Shown: one piece after another, positions 33,986 to 36,553 of the stretch | How positions within the stretch are numbered: the first letter of the stretch is position 1 | Layout of the letters: every line of letters starts with the position of its first letter | NCBI RefSeq assembly: GCF_001194135.2 | Contig: NC_068983.1 | Location: 52,743,814-52,780,366 of the forward strand | DNA: 36,553 nt | From: Octopus bimaculoides | Taxonomy: Eukaryota | Reading direction: 5' to 3' | Notes under the pieces: generated by a model | Told to the model about the DNA's origin: nothing | The model's database searches: none | The model's input: only the letters and a program-made list of their open reading frames with translations | Made by a program: the position numbers and the translations under genes

Positions 33986-34511
33986 GTATGTATATGTGTA
34001 TATATATATATATGCACACACATATACACTCTTTGTAGTTGCACTCACCTGATACCTCCATGACGAAAAGGCATTTGATATGTAAACAGACTTTCAAAAT
34101 AATAAAACAAATATCTCAGTATTGAAAATATAAAAATAAACAAATAAAACCACATGAGAACTTGTCTACATGTGCAAAGTAAACTGATATGTGGTATTTA
34201 TTTAAAAAAGAAACAAAAAATTATAAACCAAAGTGTAATACAAAAGATAACAAAATATAAAAATACGAAATAGCTTCACCATGTAATTTAGCTGATGTTT
34301 CCATTTGGTTAAAATATTTTTCAAAATAATTCAACACTGCAGTTTTAAAATCTAGATCTGTCATGAATTTTAAAAGTTGTATCAAGGAAGTTTTTTTCCA
34401 GTTAAAGTAAAAAAAAGATATTTCATTTTTTTTTTTTTTTCAAATATGTACGATCGGCACATGCTTATGCCTACAAAATTTTGATGCAGCAGGATATAAA
34501 CAATTAGAAAT

Positions 34512-35135
34512 TCCTTAATATTAGAAGTAGCAAGCTAGCAGAAACGTTAGTGGTATTTTGTCTGTTTTTACGTTTTGAGTTCAAATTCCACCGAGGTCGA
34601 CTTTGCCTTTCATCCTTTCGGGGTCGATTAAATAAGTACCAGTTATGCACAGGGGTTGATGTAATCCACTTAATCTGTTTGTCAGTTCTTGTTTGTCCCC
34701 TCCGTGTGTAGCCACTTGTGGGCAGTAACGAAATAAGAAATTATAGCATTTCGTCTGCCTTTACGTTTTGAGTTCAAATTCCGCCAAGGTCGACTTTGCC
34801 TTTCATCCTTTCAGGGTTGATAAATTATGTACCAGTTGTGTACTGGGGTCGATTTTATTGATTGGCCCCCTGCCCCAAAATTTTCGGGCCTTGTGCCTAG
34901 AGTAGAAAAGAATAATTAAGGCTGCGAGTTGGCAGAAACGTTAGCCTGCTGGGTGAAATGCTTAGCGGTATTTTGTCTGTCTTCACATTCTGAATTCAAA
35001 TTCCACCAAGGTAGACTTTGCCTTTCATCCTTTCGTGGTCGATTAATCAAGTACCAATTGCATACTGGGGTCAATCTAATCGACTGGCCCCCTCCCCACA
35101 AATTTTAGACGTTATGCCTTGTGTAGAAAAGAATA
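34512..35135 (+). mobile_element. Family B dimer (tail1-tail2) followed by a tail-2 monomer at 34919-35135
   Basis: Three GAGTTCAAATTCC/GAATTCAAATTCC units. Confidence 0.9.
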
Positions 35136-35155
35136 TTTGACTCTTATTTATTATA

Positions 35156-35628
35156 TAGTGGTGGGCAAATGTAGGTATACAATTTCTTAATTTGAGTGAA
35201 ATGTTCTTTCCATTTCTCTATTTCTATTTTGGGATAAGAAATTTATGATTTTATGCTTTTTTAAAACTAATTCTATAAGAGAATAATTTTTTCCTAATTT
35301 CAGATGTTCATTATATGGAAATTTGGAAATTTGACCAATGGTTAATAGAAGTGGATCATCAAGCAATACTGGAAAACAGAGAATGCAGAAATGGTTAGAC
35401 AGAAATGGACTGGAGAATTTCAAAGACCAGCTCCATCAAGATTAACAGTTTATAAAATATATGACAAATTTGAGCAGATTGGGTCAATCTGCAATCCACA
35501 GAAAAGCGGTCAACAAGTCAGTGTTACCCCTGAAGATAATAAAATACTTGTGGCACAAGCATTCACTCAAAGTTACCAGAAAATTTTAAAAAGGGGATTC
35601 AAATGAAGTAGGCATCTCCCACAGATCC
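35156..35628 (+). mobile_element. Tc1/mariner-like DNA transposon, left end with N-terminal HTH (DUF4817-like) remnant
   Basis: TA|TAGTGGTGGGCAAATGTAGGTATACA TIR-like end; 35349-35606 reads KWIIKQYWKTENAEMVRQKWTGEFQRPAPSRLTVYKIYDKFEQIGSICNPQKSGQ, resembling PPSR.TI.RI..KFE.TGSV....SGR. Confidence 0.75.
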
Positions 35629-35632
35629 TTAA

Positions 35633-35854
35633 CCCTTTTGTTACCAACCTGGCTGAAACTGGCTCTGGTTCTGTAGTTCAAATGTCTTGTTTGCATAAAT
35701 TTTGAATTAAAATCTTCCACCAAACCTTAGTCACGATTTATGTTACTAACACTAGCTTAATGATAACTAAGTTATTTTACTAAATTCTTTTTTATATTCA
35801 AAATTAATTGAAAGAAACACAGAGCATCTCAACAGAAATATGGTAACAAAAGGG
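35633..35854. mobile_element. piggyBac-type MITE
   Basis: Perfect 14-bp TIRs CCCTTTTGTTACCA / TGGTAACAAAAGGG, flanked by TTAA and TTGA. Confidence 0.88.
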
Positions 35855-35865
35855 TTGATATATAA

Positions 35866-36255
35866 TACTCTTTTACTCTTTTACTTGTTTCAGTCATTTG
35901 ACTGTGGCCATGCTGGAGCACCGCCTTTAGTCGAGCAAATTGCCCCCAGGACTTATTCTTTGTAAGCCTAGTACTTATTCTATCAGTCTCTTTTGCCAAA
36001 ACGCTAAGTTACAGGTACATAAAGTGATGTTGGGGGAACAAACACAGGCACACAAACATATACACACACACACATATATATATATATACATATATACGAC
36101 AGGCTTCTTTCAGTTTCCGTCTACCAAATCCACTCACAGGTTTTGGTCGGCCCGAAGCTATAGTAGGAGACACTTGCCCAAGGTTTCCACACAGTGGGAA
36201 TGAACCCAGAACCATGTGGTTGGTAAGCAAGCTACTCACCACACAGCCACTCCTG
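35866..36255 (-). mobile_element. SINE family A, near full length with a small internal deletion
   Basis: Colinear with 20864-21304. Confidence 0.92.
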
Positions 36256-36339
36256 AAAGACGGATTTAGTATAGAGTCTGTGTTATGTACCATTATTAAG
36301 ACATTTAGTAATTTGGGTGATTAATTCAATGTCAGGATT

Positions 36340-36427
36340 TGAACACAGAACAACCAGACAGACAGCCAGACAGCCAGACAAATTGACTGACAGACAGATA
36401 GAGAGACAGGTAAATAGATGGATGGAT

Positions 36428-36474
<47 letters not shown>

Positions 36475-36553
36475 GGACAGACAGACAGACAGACAGACAG
36501 ACAGGCAGACAGACAGGCAGGCAGGCAGGCAGGCAAGCAGGCAGGCAGACAGA
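36340..36553. repeat. Compound GACA/GATA/GA/GGCA microsatellite
   Basis: Direct reading. Confidence 0.97.

Noticed and set aside
306-36255. Assigning families A, B and E to published names (Octopus OK/OR1/OR2; Meta, Ceph, CORE or Nin domain SINEs)
   Set aside because: A resemblance is plausible, but I cannot match names reliably without a SINEBase/Dfam search.

Overview
Repeat-saturated, AT-rich animal DNA from a gappy draft assembly (8 N-gaps, most flanked by (TA)n). The SINE families and microsatellite load look like an Octopus/coleoid genome; this is recognition from memory, not a search. No host protein gene can be called with confidence, and nearly all ORF-track entries are microsatellite or N artefacts. 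Content: about 40 copies or fragments of four or five tRNA- or LINE-derived SINE-like families (my labels A, B, D, E, F), five decayed RTE-type LINE 3' ends (three with C2H2 zinc fingers), a Tc1/mariner-like fragment, one hAT-type and two piggyBac-type MITEs, and nested insertions with clear target-site duplications (TSDs). The most interesting signal is seven degenerate minimal type-I hammerhead ribozyme motifs of the Penelope-like-element (PLE) kind. One sits inside a TSD-flanked, tRNA-headed SINE; others sit in inverted/direct repeat units. Repeat boundaries are approximate (about 10 nt) unless a TSD or TIR is quoted.
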